Shown piece after piece: positions 12,673 through 25,580 of a DNA stretch of 64,000 bases. Source of the DNA: Macrostomum lignano. Taxonomy: Eukaryota. Positions within the stretch are counted from its first letter, which is position 1. Each line of letters begins with the position of its first letter. The position numbers and the translations under genes are program-made. The notes beneath the pieces are model-generated. The model ran no database searches. It was not told the DNA's origin and was given only the letters and a program-made list of their open reading frames with translations. Location: positions 744,001 to 808,000 of the forward strand of contig NIVC01000051.1 of NCBI GenBank assembly GCA_002269645.1, given 5' to 3'.

Positions 12673-12884
12673 GGGCACCCATAGAAACGGCTGGGTGATT
12701 CCCAAAGTTGTGCATGTATGAATTTGGTGATAATAATTTTGGTGATAGTCACTTCGGTAACAACTGTTTCAGTGACAGGTTACTTTGGTGACAAACGTGT
12801 GTTGAGCCAATGCAAATGGTTCAATAGGACATTTTTTTGTAAAAAAACCTTTTGGTCAATAATTTAAAATCAATTTTGAATTTA

Positions 12885-15800
12885 CCCTATGAAAAATTGG
12901 CCCGAATTTTCGCCCGAAAACATATGAAATTGGGCCCGGAACTTTAAATTTGCGGGTGAAAACTAAAAAGCGGTCGATTCACCCGGAAAGCACGCCGACA
13001 AAACGGTTGAAACTAAATCGGGCGAAAAAGCGGGACTCTCGCCCGGAAAGCGGGGAAAGCAGAAACGGCCCAGACGTGCGGGTCTCTAGCCCGTTTTTTT
13101 CTAAAAGCGTGTCCTGAGGGACTTTGACGTGACGATGCAGATTAAAAATGGGTTTAAATCAATATAGCTAAACGAGTAGGAAGCTAGGTGCCCAGGTTCC
13201 AAGATTCAACCGTACATGTATGTTTATTATTTTAAAAAGTACTATTATAGGAGTTTATATATCGATCACAAATGGTGGGAAATAATGTGTCGAAATCATT
13301 ACTTCCATGCCCTTTTGGGGAATCTTTTTGCATGCTAATCTTTAATTTTTTACATGAGCTGCGTCTGGAGACTGCGTTTAAAATTTTGACGCGGCTGAGA
13401 TGCGGCTGGCGACATGGAAGTGAAATTATTTACAATCGCTTACTATAAATACCTGTTTCTGAATAAGCTATTCACAGGCTAAAATCTATTTTTATTAAGT
13501 ATTTGCTGTGCTTTTCACTCTTTCATTGCGCTGACCAATGTGAAAAAAAGCTAGGAAACTATTTTGTTTGTTTTTGTTACTCGAAAAATATTTAAATTTC
13601 AGACGCCACGTTTTCAGAACTTCGATATTTTATGTGCTAGCTAGTGAAGCGTGTTTTGTTACTTTTGTATTAATTTATCATAATCTAACAGACAAAGTTT
13701 ATTTAACTTCAAAAATAGTCAATGTGAATTATTTCACTAAATGAGTCAATAGCAAGGACTGACCCCCTGCCCCTGCCCTGGTTCAGGAATTGGCAGTCAC
13801 ATAGTTAATTATAATTTAATAAGTCCAGTAATTAGCCTATTTATTTATTTCTTAAAGTTAGTAAAAATAGAAAATAATTTAGAAAACTTATCCTGATTAA
13901 TATTTCACCTATAATGAAGATAGTATTGTATATGAGCACAGAGAGCTTGCTGAATGGTAAAAAGTTTTAGAACATAAGTAACAAATCAATTTAAAAAACC
14001 ATTTATATAAAGTCCAAATATAGCTCGTAAAACTCTGAGTAGCATTAATATAATTTTTGCTTTTTCAAGTTTGTATAGTCTATATAGTACTTTTTAGAAA
14101 GCTATGTATTCACATTATTTTTTAATCTGTATGCTTTTTGTATTTTATTTAATATAATTTTGATAACTTATTATATTCTAAGGGAACCTAAAGCCTAGAA
14201 CTGAGCATTTTTCAAGGAAGCTAATAACTTGAAAAAGTTTTGCAATTTAACATATTCCCAGAGATAAAGGCCCTTTATATCTTATAAATAAGCCTTCTTT
14301 TTGCTCTTATATGAATGTTTTAGATCTAATAATCTGAATATGTTTTGTAGAATAAACATTTACCATCAGATTTAACATTCCAAGCACTGTACTTATACCA
14401 TTATAATTAAAGAAAAATTATTAATAATCAATTTTGTTGCCTTTTAATTTAGGTTTAGATTTTATTGCTCAATAAACAGAATTTTAGCATCATCATACCA
14501 TGCTCCTAAGTCATTTATGCTATGTATACATGCCCCTCAGCCAAGTTTTCCTCTGGCCATTAATGTCTGATGACATTGGACTGCTAAGCGTCGTCGCCGG
14601 GATTATGCCGTGCACTACAGGACTGGTGTTAGGCGACATACTCCAGCCCAAACAGTCTATTTTAAAGTCATGTAAAATCACAAAATCCGAGCTGCAGTGT
14701 GCCTACTCCCGATGCCGAGAGGGCCAACTACCGAGAAAGACCAGCGTCGCTAGAAAGGCGACGAAGACCAAACCAGGTGATGTTTTCATTTTTTTGTATT
14801 GTAGTGTTGTTTAAAACGTTATTGACGCTTTTCTGCAACTGCGCCCCCTTCTACTCCAGGTGCGCTGCTTCGATTAGCTGGTGCTGCAGCATCTCAGCTG
14901 CCAGAATCTGCTGTTACGCCACCCAGCACCAGGCTCACAACCAGTGACACTGCTAACATGTTCAATCAAGCGCAGTATCGCATCCTGTCGCTCGCTGAGT
15001 TATAAATCTATACCTAAACTTTGAACTTATGAATTTCTATCGCATTTGCTTTTGTTCTACACTGATTTGTTTTTTTCATTGCTTCGTAATGTGGCTGCGA
15101 CTGGGAGGGAGGGATCTCGAAGTCACCTTAATTTGCACCAGACCCCATTACTGATCTCGGTTCTTCCTATCCTTCCGAATGTTGCTATTTCCCCCTCACA
15201 TCGTTTCTCTCCTTTCTCCGTGGTCGCGCTAATACTTTCCCTATCTTAGCTATTTCACATGTGCATTCTGTGTGCACCCCTCTCCTTGCACTCTGTGCCT
15301 TAGATCTACCTCTTTTCAGTTGCAAACGTACTAGTATATTTGGTTATTTCTTAGCTGCAAATGCCCTATAAATAGTTAGTTATTTCTCCTTTTTATGGTT
15401 TTCTTCAGAATTTCTCTACGTCAAGCCCCTTCATGTTATCTTCTTTACAACTTTGTTTGTTTCTGTTTCGATTCTTTTCTTAACCCTCCTTTGCTTTTAT
15501 TACTTTAATGCTTTAATGCTTTTGTTTACTGAACGTATTGAATGCATACATTAAATATTTAAATAAACTATCGCTCACACTTTTTCTTATTATGTGGCCA
15601 AGCTTAAACATTTCTATCTAGATCTAGATTTCTTATTGAATCCCTCCAGAATTGCCTTATTTTTCTTCTCGATACATGTAGCTCTCTTGGAGGGGGTCAT
15701 TTAGCTCGTACATGCAAAATCTTCCTATTCAACTAGATACAAGTTTTATTACAGTATGAAAAGTGGCAGTCACCGTAATTAAGTTTATGCCCTCTAAAAA

Positions 15801-16101
15801 CTTACTATAATATCGTGCACTATCACTAAGACCAAAAGCAGGAAATATGACCAGCTCTTCGGGCCGGATTTGCAAGCAAAATATCGGTTAACTGGCCCGG
15901 ATTTTTCGGCGCAAAATAATTCTGGGTGAATCGCCCGTAAATATTCGGGTATAAATGCGGGTGCATGCACGGGTGCATCGCCCGAAAAACGAACTTTTCG
16001 TAACGATTCCGGGCCAGTAGCCCGGCAATTTTTACACCCGCAAAGTGCTGACGATTTCGGGTGAAGAGTAGGGTGAAAATTCGGGCCAATTTTTCATAGG
16101 G
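12885..16101. mobile_element. 3.2-kb TIR element with TA target duplication, non-autonomous
   Basis: TA|CCCTATGAAAAATTGGCCCGAATTTTC ... GAAAATTCGGGCCAATTTTTCATAGGG|TA; CCCG/CGGG-rich subterminal regions; no transposase ORF. It is flanked by inverted GGTGACAG/CTGTCACC-type repeats (12720-12800 and 16590-16655), which suggests nesting in an older element. Confidence 0.85.
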
Positions 16102-17510
16102 TAAGTTAAAATAGGCCTAGTTTTCTTAGAAATTACTATATTTTAATGTCCTGCTAAATGTAGATACAAAATATACATAAGGTACGATATAATTTTTTGT
16201 TTAAGCAAAGGGTTTCTAAAAAATAAACATGAAAAAAATTGCTCTAAGAAATAAATCCAAGCCTTAATTAATCTATCTTATAATTTTACCTTTACATCTA
16301 TGCTTTGCCAATGTGCATAGACACAGTATTTTATATATTTATTTTGTCAGCTTTTGACAAGTTACATTTTTGACGAAATAATATAGCATGTTTCTGAGAA
16401 GCTTCCTTTGCTTTGAAAATAAATGTTAAGAATTAAAATATATGTTCTTTTTCTTAGAAACACCTCACTTTAAATAAGCAATATATTTCCTTTTCAAAAT
16501 TGACCTATTTAAGCAAGGCATTAAATTACAAATGACTAATCTAGAATATTTATTTCAGTTTAGATATGAAATTATGCACACATTATTTTGTTACCAAAGT
16601 AACCTGTCACCAAAATGGATGTTACCAAACTGACTGTCACCAAAGTAACCATAATTCTTTGCTTGATATCTAGGTATAGAAAAATAGTAATATCTGTTGT
16701 TAATGTTAAATAAACTATTGATGCTAGGCTAGTAATCTTTTCAAATAGGCAAATTGTTGAATGGTTAATATTGATCTAATTGAAATCTAAAATAGAGATA
16801 AAATTTATTATAGTGATGTATTATTTGACCTTCAAAGAGTAAATGCAAAATTACAGTCAATGTATGAATTCATATGCTTTAGGCCTATAAAAATTGCAAT
16901 TGTGAAAAAAGGTTGTGAATTTATTGATATGTATTTGAAAACTAGGGGGCCTAAGTTAAATGATATTATATCAACTTTACTAAATTAACTATAATTGTCT
17001 TGTCAAGTTACAAGATTAATTTATATTGTGTTATACTATTATAGGCCTAATAAAGTATCTAATGTATGCTTAAAAAAGATATTAAAAATTGTAACAGAAA
17101 TTTTTAAGAAAGTCTGCAGACTTGTGCTATTTCAATGGGTCAAAGATGCTTAGCAAATTCTACTGTGCCTTAAGTGTATCATTTTTTTCTTTCTATTTTG
17201 ATTTTTTAAATTCTATTCTTGATGAAAATTAATTGCACTTGTTATAGTTTTACTATAGTTTTATGTTTTATATAGACTTAACAGTGTGTGACTTCTTGGC
17301 TATATTTAAATAGAGAATCTTTATATAAATAATCTAATTATTAATCTTAATCTTAAATAATCTTTATATAAAGTAATTTATATAAAGATCAAATTTTCAT
17401 TATGTAAGTTGCTAGTATTGATGACAAAGCCTGTCTGGCAGCAAAAAAAGTTCATTTTTTTGCCAAAAAAAAACCAAATTCATTTTTTTGGTTTATAGCA
17501 TAAATGAATA

Positions 17511-18734
17511 TAGGGTGTCGACACATTTTTTGTTTCTTAAATAAAGGAAATAAAGGAGATTCTTTGCAAGGGTCAGGGTATAGCTAGAGGAGGAGGATTT
17601 CATCCTAATAACAAGACTTAGGCAAAAAACTACAACATTAAAATTAAAAAATGGGACTTTTTATTAATTTTATGCATTTATGTTACATAAGTTGCTGTTG
17701 TACATTCAGAGTTGCACGAGCAACATTTTTGTCTATTATTATTCAGATCTGTTTATCATCATTTATTACGTGTTGGAGAAATACCTGCTGTTAAGAAAGT
17801 ATATGATTGTGTTAAAAATAAATAAAATCAGTGTTACCACTGATATATACACACTTCATCATAAAATGCTTGCACACATGTGAAACTAACTATGTAATGT
17901 AATAGTAATAAAACTGGGAGTTGGGAAAATGTTTACATTCAAAACAGAAAAAAAACACATTTTACACTTCATTCATGCAGGCAAAATATAAAACTACACT
18001 GTCCCCTGAATTGAATTAGCTGTCTCTAGATGTAAAAATGTCAATACTAGGGGCCAGAGCTGTTCAACTCATCAAGCTTCTTTTGAAGCTCATTGGCATC
18101 CTTTGTTGCTGCATCTGCTGTATGACGCTTAGCTGCCACTTCTTTCTCAAGTTTCTCAACCATCTCTTGCTGCCACTTTTTATTTTTAGTCTTCTGTTCA
18201 CTTTCGGAGTCCAGTTTATGCTGCAGCATTCTGGGAGTGATAGCAATTGCTGTGACTGATCTGACATCATGAATAGCTTGGGAAACAATTCTCTGTGCAA
18301 TTAATATTAGAACAACATGCACAATCCAAAGAATCTCCTTGCAATTTTTCAGCACTTTCTGCTGAGAAGAGGTTAGAAAAGAACACATCAAGTCGATCAT
18401 TATGCCTGTCAAACTTCTGCAGAGAGCTACACAGCACTGAGGATCACTTTACATGATAGATTTGTCTTTAAATCGCGAAAAACTTCGAATTGACACTTGG
18501 GCCATCCATACAAACCTGCACCAGGTGGTCTACAGGTAGCTGCAGGCGTGCTAGACAGTTAATAAAAATTTATTGCTACTATTTTGATGCAGAACATTAT
18601 ATCAGTTGAGAGTTATAATTGTACAAAAAGTACACAAATGTACAAAACTGTACAAATACAACAACGAGTATAATAAAGGAGATTTTGTCCAAATAAAGGA
18701 GATAAAGGAGATAAAAGAGGCCGTCGACACCCTG
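17511..18734 (-). mobile_element. 1.2-kb internally deleted TIR DNA transposon with a transposase C-terminal remnant
   Basis: TA|(T/C)AGGGTGTCGAC ... GTCGACACCCTG|TA. Minus-strand remnant FDRHNDRLDVFF / KEILWIVHVVLIL-IAQRIV..ITPRML plus a coiled-coil tail (ORF 18047-18412) resembles, from memory, the C-terminus of hAT-like transposases with the dimerisation motif deleted. Confidence 0.6.
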
Positions 18735-18816
18735 TAATAATAATCTAGTCACATATTTTACCAGCCCTAACCTACTATCAGTAGCGTAAATTACAATTTT
18801 GGACCCAATCTGCAGC

Positions 18817-21800
18817 ATGGATTCCAAACAAAGCAGTGAAGCTGAAGGTCAAAATGGTAATGGCGAAGGCGAACCGCCGACTAAACTGGCTAAACTTGAC
18901 CAGCCAATCAAGCAGGAGGCAAAGGATGAGTTGGACAATAATGGATTGACTGAGTTCAAAACTGAGGCGGAAGATCGTAAACCCGGAACTGATGAGCGAA
19001 GCCGGCACTGCCCATATTTGGACACCATCGATCGGAATCGATTGGATTTCGATTTTGAGAAGCTGTGCTCCGTGTCACTGTCGCATCTGAATGTCTACGC
19101 TTGCCTGGTGTGCGGGAAGTATTTTCAGGTGAGGCTGCGATTTGGGGATGGGGTTTAGGATTTAAAGGATAGGGGTTAGGATTTGGATGATGAGGTTTAG
19201 GATTCGGAGGATAGGGTTTATGATTCCGGGGATGGGGTCTAGAATTCGGGGGGATGGGATCTTGCATTCGGGGGATGGGATCTAGGATTCAGGGGGTGGG
19301 GTCTAGGATTCGGGGGATGGGAACTAGGATTCGGGGGATGGGAACTAGGATTCGGGGGTGGGGTCTAGGATTCGGGGGATGGGAACTAGGATTCGGGGGG
19401 TGGGGTCTAGGATTCGGGGGATGGGAACTAGGATTCGGGGATGGGGTCTAGGATTCGGGGGGATGGGAACTAGGATTCGGGGGGTGGGGTCTAGGATTCA
19501 GGGGGTGGGGTCTAGGAGTTGGGGGATCTGAACTAGGATTCGGGGGTGGGGTCTAGGATTCGGGGGATGGGAACTAGGATTCGGGGGGTGGGGTCTAGGA
19601 TTCGGGGGGATGGGAACTAGGATTCGGGGGGTGGTATCTTGCTTTCGGGGGATGGGATCTAGGATTCCGGGGATGGGGTCTAGGATTCGGGGGGATGGGA
19701 ACTAGGATTCGGGGGTGGTATCTTGCTTTCGGGGGATGGGATCTAGGATTCCGGGGATGGGGTCTAGGATTCGGGGGATAAGATTTAGGATTCAGGGAGT
19801 GCGGTCTAGGATTCAGGGGTGGGGTCTAGGAGTTGGGGGATGGGGTCTAGGATTCGGGGGATGGGGTCTAGGATTCGGGGGATGGGGTCTAGGATTCGGG
19901 GGATGGGGTCCAAGGTTGTAAGCTTAAAAGAGATCTAAGACCCAGAGGATGCGATTAAGGATTCAAAAAGATGGAAGCGAAGATTTGAGAGAGGGAACCC
20001 ACGAGTAGTAAGTTACCTTATTTTACAAAGATGGGACATCTCTCCCCATTCCTTCTTCCCAGGGTCGCGGCAAGGGCACGCACGCCCACACCCACAGCAT
20101 GGCGATGGGTCACTACGTGTTTCTCAATCTGGAGACGCACAAATTCTACTGCCTGCCAGACGATTACGAGTTCGTACACCCGTCGCTGCAGGACATCATC
20201 TACCTGGCTAATCCCACCTATTCCCGAGCTTATATCGCTCGAATGGACTCGGATACTCGAATGGTCCGAGCTCACGACGGCAATCCATATTATCCGGGCA
20301 TTGTCGGCCTGAACAATCTCAAAGCTAGCGACTATTGCAGTGTTATTATTCATATTCTGTCCAGGGCAACGCCTCTGCGTAATTATTTTCTTCGGGAGCA
20401 GAACTACATTGGGCTGCCGAGGCCGCCCGGAGACCGGGCCAGCCTGCTGGTTCGACGCTTCGGGGAGCTGCTGCGCAAGCTCTGGAACCCGCGCAACTTC
20501 AAAGCCCACGTGTCGCCGCACGAGTTTCTCCAGGTATGCTGACGGTACCCTGAGCACTAGTCCCTGAGCACCAGTACCTGAGGGACCAGTCCCTGAGCAT
20601 CAGTCCCTGAGCACTAGTCCCTGAGCACCAGTCCCTGAGCACTAGCCCCTGATCTCTAGTCCCTGAGCACTAGTCCCTGAGCACCAGTCCCTGAGCATCA
20701 GTCCCTGAGCAACAGTCCCTGAGCAACAGTCCCTGAGCACTAGCCCCTGATCTCTAGTCCCTGAGCACCAGTCCCTGAGCACCAGTCTCTGAGCACTAGT
20801 CCCTGAGCACCAGTCCCTGAGCACCAGTCCTTGAGCACCAGTCTCTGAGCATCAGTCCCTGAGCACTAGTCCCTGAGCAACAGTCCCTGAGCACTAGTCC
20901 CTGAGCACCAGTCCCTGATCTCTAGTCCCTGAGCACTAGTCCCTGAGCACCAGTCCCTGAGCACCAGTCCTTGAGCACCAGTCTCTGAGCATCAGTCCCT
21001 GAGCACTAGTCCCTGAGCACCAGTCCCTGAGCAACAGTCCCTGAGCACTAGTCCCTGAGCACCAGTCCCTGATCTCTAGTCCCTGAGCACTAGTCCCTGA
21101 GCACCAGTCCCTGAGCACCAGTCCTTGAGCACCAGTCTCTGAGCATCAGTCCCTGAGCACTAGTCCCTGAGCACCAGTCCCTGAGCACCAGTCTCTGAGC
21201 ACTAGTCCCTGAGCACCAGTCCCTGAGCACCAGTCCTTGAGCACCAGTCTCTGAGCATCAGTCCCTGAGCACTAGTCCCTGAGCAACAGTCCCTGAGCAC
21301 TAGTCCCTGAGCACCAGTCCCTGATCTCTAGTCCCTGAGCACTAGTCCCTGAGCACCAGTCCCTGAGCACCAGTCCTTGAGCACCAGTCTCTGAGCATCA
21401 GTCCCTGAGCACTAGTCCCTGAGCACCAGTCCCTGAGCAACAGTCCCTGAGCACTAGTCCCTGAGCACCAGTCCCTGATCTCTAGTCCCTGAGCACTAGT
21501 CCCTGAGATGAGAATCCATATTCTTGAGCACCAAACACTGAGCACAGACCCTGAAAATCCATATTTCTGAACACCCTGAACATCACCCTCTGAGCAGAAT
21601 GAGTGCCACCCCTACACCCACCTGTTCAGAGTCAGAGCGCAGTCCCACAATCAAAGTCCATCTATTAAAAGTGCACCCAATTTCTCTCCCCAGGCGGTCG
21701 TACTCTGCAGCAAGAAACGATTCCAGTTCACAGTGCAAAGCGACGCTGTAGATTTTATGTCCTGGCTGCTCAACACTCTTCATATGGGTCTTAATGGCAC

Positions 21801-24800
21801 TAAGTCTGTCAACAGTTCAATCGTGAATAAGACTTTTCGCGGCAAAATGAGGATCTATAGTCACAAGGTAAGGCAATTTCCCTAATATTAATACTAATTA
21901 GATGACGAGGCATTTGTCCATTGAACTAAATTGATAGTTACTCGTACCGTTTATTTTTTTTTATCAACAGGTGATCCCAGTCGAGCTCACAGAGGAGCAG
22001 CGACTGCTTCTCGCTCACACGGACGAATACACGGAGAAAGTTGAGGAGTCGCATTTCTTGTTTTTAACCTGCGACCTGCCTCCGCCTCCGCTGTATCCGG
22101 ACGAGATGAAAGAGAAGCTCATTCCGCAGGTGAGAATAGTTTGGGTTTTCAGTTATTGTAATATATCGTATTGATTTTCGTATTTACTGGATAGCCTGCT
22201 AGTAGTACTGTTGGAGTGTCATGTGCTTCAGGGTGCTCAGGGGGAATATTCAGGGTGCTCAGGGGGAATATTCAGAGTGCTCAGGGGAATATTCAGGGTG
22301 CTCAGGGGAATATTCAATGTTTTTAGGGGCGAATATTCAGGGTGCTCAGGGGGAATATTCAGGGTTTTTAGGGGCGAATATTCAGGGTTTTTAGGGGCGA
22401 ATATTCAGGGTGCTCAGGGGGAATATTCAGGGTGCTCAGGGGGAATATTCAGGGTGCTCAGGGGGAATATTCAGGGTGCTCAGGGGGATATTTAGGGTGC
22501 TCAGGGGTATTCAGAGTGCTCAGGGGTATTCAGGGTGCTCAGGGGTAGTATTCAGGATATTCAAGATAAATATGGGCAAAACTGATATTTATATGACTCA
22601 GGGCACATAATTTAGTACTGTATACTTTAGCTCTGAGGCTAGTGACTGACATTTAATTATTTTACCCACAGGTGCCACTGTCCAGCATATTGTCCAAGTT
22701 TAACGGCGTCGCCAAAAAAGAGTACAAGACGCACAAAGACTCCACTATGAAGCGGTTCCAGCTGATCAAGCTGCCCCAGTACATTCTGCTCTATGTCAAA
22801 CGCTTCGTCAAGAATCTATTCACTCGGGAGAAAAATCCCACTATTGTAAATTTTCCCGTTCGCGGAGTTGATTTTGGCGACTTGTTGGACCGTGGACCAG
22901 GGCTAAACACCAGTTCACCACCTACAACTTGGTTGCCAACGTGGTGCATGACGGTGAGTTCCTTAGCATATTCTCAGTCCCTCAGTCTTGTCACTCTGTG
23001 TCTCATTTTCCTGTGTCTGTTCTTGTCACTCTGTGTCTCATTTTCCTGTGTCTGTTCTTGTCACTCTGTGTCTCATTTTCCTGTGCCTGTTCTTCAAGGT
23101 GAAGAACAGACACAGAGTCTGTTCCCTGAGTCTCTGTGTCTCATTTTCCTGTGTCTGTTCTTGTCACTCTGTCTCATTTTCCTGTATCTGTTCTTGTCAC
23201 TCTGTGTCTCATTTTCCCGCGTCTGTTCTTGTCACTCTGTCTCATTTTCCTGTATCTGTTCTTGTCACTCTGTCTCATTTTCCCGCGTCTGTTCTTGTCA
23301 CTCTGTCTCATTTTCCTGTGTCTGTTCTTGTCACTCTGTCTTATTTTCCCGCGTCTGTTCTTGTCACTCTGTGTCTCATTTTCCTGTGTCTGTTCTTGTC
23401 GCTCTGTGTCTCATTTTCCTGTGTCTGTTCTTGTCTCTTTTTCCTGTATCTGTTCTTGTCACTCTGTCTCATTTTCCTGTGTCTGTTCTTGTCACTCTGT
23501 CTCTTTTTCCTGTATCTGTTCTTGTCACTCTGTCTCTTTTTCCTGTATCTGTTCTTGTCACTCTGTCTCTTTTTCCTGTATCTGTTCTTGTCACTCTGTC
23601 TCATTTTCCCGCGTCTGTTCTTGTCACTCTGTGCCTCATTTTCCTGTGTCTGTTCTTGTCACTCTGTGCCTCATTTTCCTGTGTCTGTTCTTGTCACTCT
23701 GTGTCTCATTTTCCTGTGTCTGTTCTTGTCGCTCTGTGTCTCATTTTCCTGTGTCTGTTCTTGTCGCTCTGTGTCTCATTTTCCTGTGTCTGTTCTTGTC
23801 GCTCTGTGTCTCATTTTCCTGTGTCTGTTCTTGTCACTCTGTCTCATTTTCCTGTGTCTGTTCTTGTCACTCTGTGCCTCATTTTCCTGTGTCTGTTCTT
23901 GTCACTCTGTGTCTCATTTTCCCGCGTCTGTTCTTGTCACTCTGTGTCTCATTTTCCCGCGTCTGTTCTTGTCACTCTGTCTCTTTTTCCTGTATCTGTT
24001 CTTGTCACTCTGTCTCATTTTCCCGCGTCTGTTCTTGTCACTCTGTGTCTCATTTTCCCGCGTCTGTTCTTGTCACTCTGTGCCTCATTTTCCTGTGTCT
24101 GTTCTTGTCACTCTGTGTCTCATTTTCCTGTGTCTTTTCTTGTCACTCTGTGTCTCATTTTCCTGTGTCTGTTCTTGTCACTCTTTGTCTCACTCGCTGA
24201 CTATTCTTGTCATTGTGTCTCAGTCGCTAACTATTCTTGTCACTATGTGTCTCACTGGCTTACTAGCCTTATCACTCTTTGTCTCACTCGCTGACTATTC
24301 TTGTCACTGTGTCTCAATCGCTAACTATTCTTGTCACTCTGTGTCTCACTCGCTGACAATTCTTGTCACTCTGTGTCTCACTCGCTGACTATTCTTGTCA
24401 CTCTGCGTCTCACTCGCTGACTATTCTTGTCACTCTGTGTCTCACTCGCTGACTATACTTGTCACTCTGTGTCTCACTCGCTGACTATTCTTGTCACTCC
24501 GTTCCCTTCTCTTATCGCATCTCAAGTTCAAGACTTTCCATCGCCTTTGGCGCCGCATGCTCCCCATGATACCCACCCCAAATCCAATCGCCAGGCACCC
24601 CTGTGAGCGGCACCTACAGGGTGCACCTGCAGCACTCCAGTACGGAGAAATGGTTCGAGTTGCAGGATTTGCACGTTGACGAAATTCTGCCGCAGATGAT
24701 ACCGTTGAGCGAGACCCTTGTCCAGGTCTGGCAGGTGGACACCTCCGTGCCTAATCCCAACTACGGCAAGCCGCCGCCAATGCCTGAGGAGCCAACTGCG

Positions 24801-24911
24801 CTCTCCGAGAGTGTCGGAGCTGCCACCAGCGCTGCATCGTCATCGACGGACGCAGAAATGATGCCACCACCGCCGCCTCCACCGCCTCCACCGACTGCAT
24901 CTTCTGAGTAG
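18817..24911 (+). CDS. USP39: U4/U6.U5 tri-snRNP-associated protein 2 (USP39/Sad1; ZnF-UBP plus inactive USP domain), 6 exons, apparent 1-nt frameshift in exon 5
   Basis: Exons 18817-19128, 20063-20533, 21694-21867, 21971-22129, 22672-22953, 24595-24911; all GT-AG and phase compatible. Motifs CPYLDTIDR..LDFDFEKLCSVSLSHLNVYACLVCGKYFQGRG, GLNNLKASDY, EKNPTIVNFP, TYNLVANVVHDG, WFELQDLHV. Confidence 0.97.
19145..19915. repeat. G-rich ~20-bp minisatellite GGGGATGGGGTCTAGGATTC (USP39 intron 1)
   Basis: Array starts about 15 bp after the donor and fills most of the intron. Confidence 0.95.
20548..21510. repeat. 14-bp minisatellite AGTCCCTGAGCAC(T/C) with higher-order blocks (USP39 intron 2)
   Basis: Tandem array with a recurring order of variant units. 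Confidence 0.95.
22225..22560. repeat. ~21-bp minisatellite TTCAGGGTGCTCAGGGGGAATA (USP39 intron 4)
   Basis: Tandem array; its core GTGCTCAGGG is the reverse complement of the intron-2 core. Confidence 0.93.
22985..24500. repeat. 33-35-bp pyrimidine-rich minisatellite CTGTGTCTCATTTTCCTGTGTCTGTTCTTGTCACT (USP39 intron 5)
   Basis: Tandem array; accounts for the 3' two-thirds of ORF 22672-24294 and for ORFs 22988-24388 and 23136-24200. Confidence 0.95.
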
Positions 24912-25019
24912 TCTAGCAATTTCAAATTTATTCTCCAAAGCATTGAAATTTCAATGTGTTGCCTGCGAGCTTGACATTTTTAATCAATGATGTGGGACGC
25001 TTTCCTGGGTCACTTAAGA

Positions 25020-25580
25020 ACATCCCTGAGTTGATTGAAAAAATCATCCCTGGGTCTCTTTAAAACACCCTTGAGTCTCTTGAAAGCATCCCTGAGTCAC
25101 CTAAAAACATCCCTCAATCACTTAAAAACATCCCTGAGTCACTTAAAAGCATCCCTGAGTCACCTAAAAGCATCCCTGAGTCACCTAAAAACATCCCTTA
25201 ATCACTTAAAAACATCCCTGAGTCACTTAAAAACATCCCTGAGTCACTTAAAAACATCCCTGAGTCACCTAAAAACATTCCTGAGTCACCTAAAAACATC
25301 CCTCAATCACTTAAAACATCCCTGAGTCACTTAAAAGCATCCCTGAGTCACCTAAAAACATCCCTGAGTCACCTAAAAACATCCCTTAATCACTTAAAAA
25401 CATCCCTGAGTCACTTAAAAGCATCCCTGAGTCACCTAAAAACATCCCTGAGTCACCTAAAAACATCCCTTAATCACTTAAAAACATCCCTGAGTCACTT
25501 AAAAGCATCCCTGAGTCACCTAAAAACATCCCTGAGTCACCTAAAAACATCCCTTAATCACTTAAAAAAATCCCTGATTC
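25020..25580. repeat. 21-bp minisatellite AAAAACATCCCTGAGTCACCT downstream of the USP39 stop
   Basis: Tandem array; most units contain TGAGTCA. Confidence 0.95.

Noticed and set aside
12003-12682. TGGGTGC/GCACCCA as TIRs around the 16-bp array
   Set aside because: Only a 7-bp match and no convincing target duplication.
22846-22860. Slippery heptamer A AAT TTT as a programmed -1 frameshift explaining the USP39 frame change
   Set aside because: The conserved VDFGDLL downstream of the heptamer is still in the original frame, so the shift occurs about 40 nt later; the heptamer simply encodes the conserved VNF motif.
22954-24388. Long Cys/Leu/Ser-rich ORFs (540, 466, 354 aa)
   Set aside because: Translations of the intron-5 minisatellite. 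Only 22672-22953 is real USP39 exon, ending at a GTGAGT donor.
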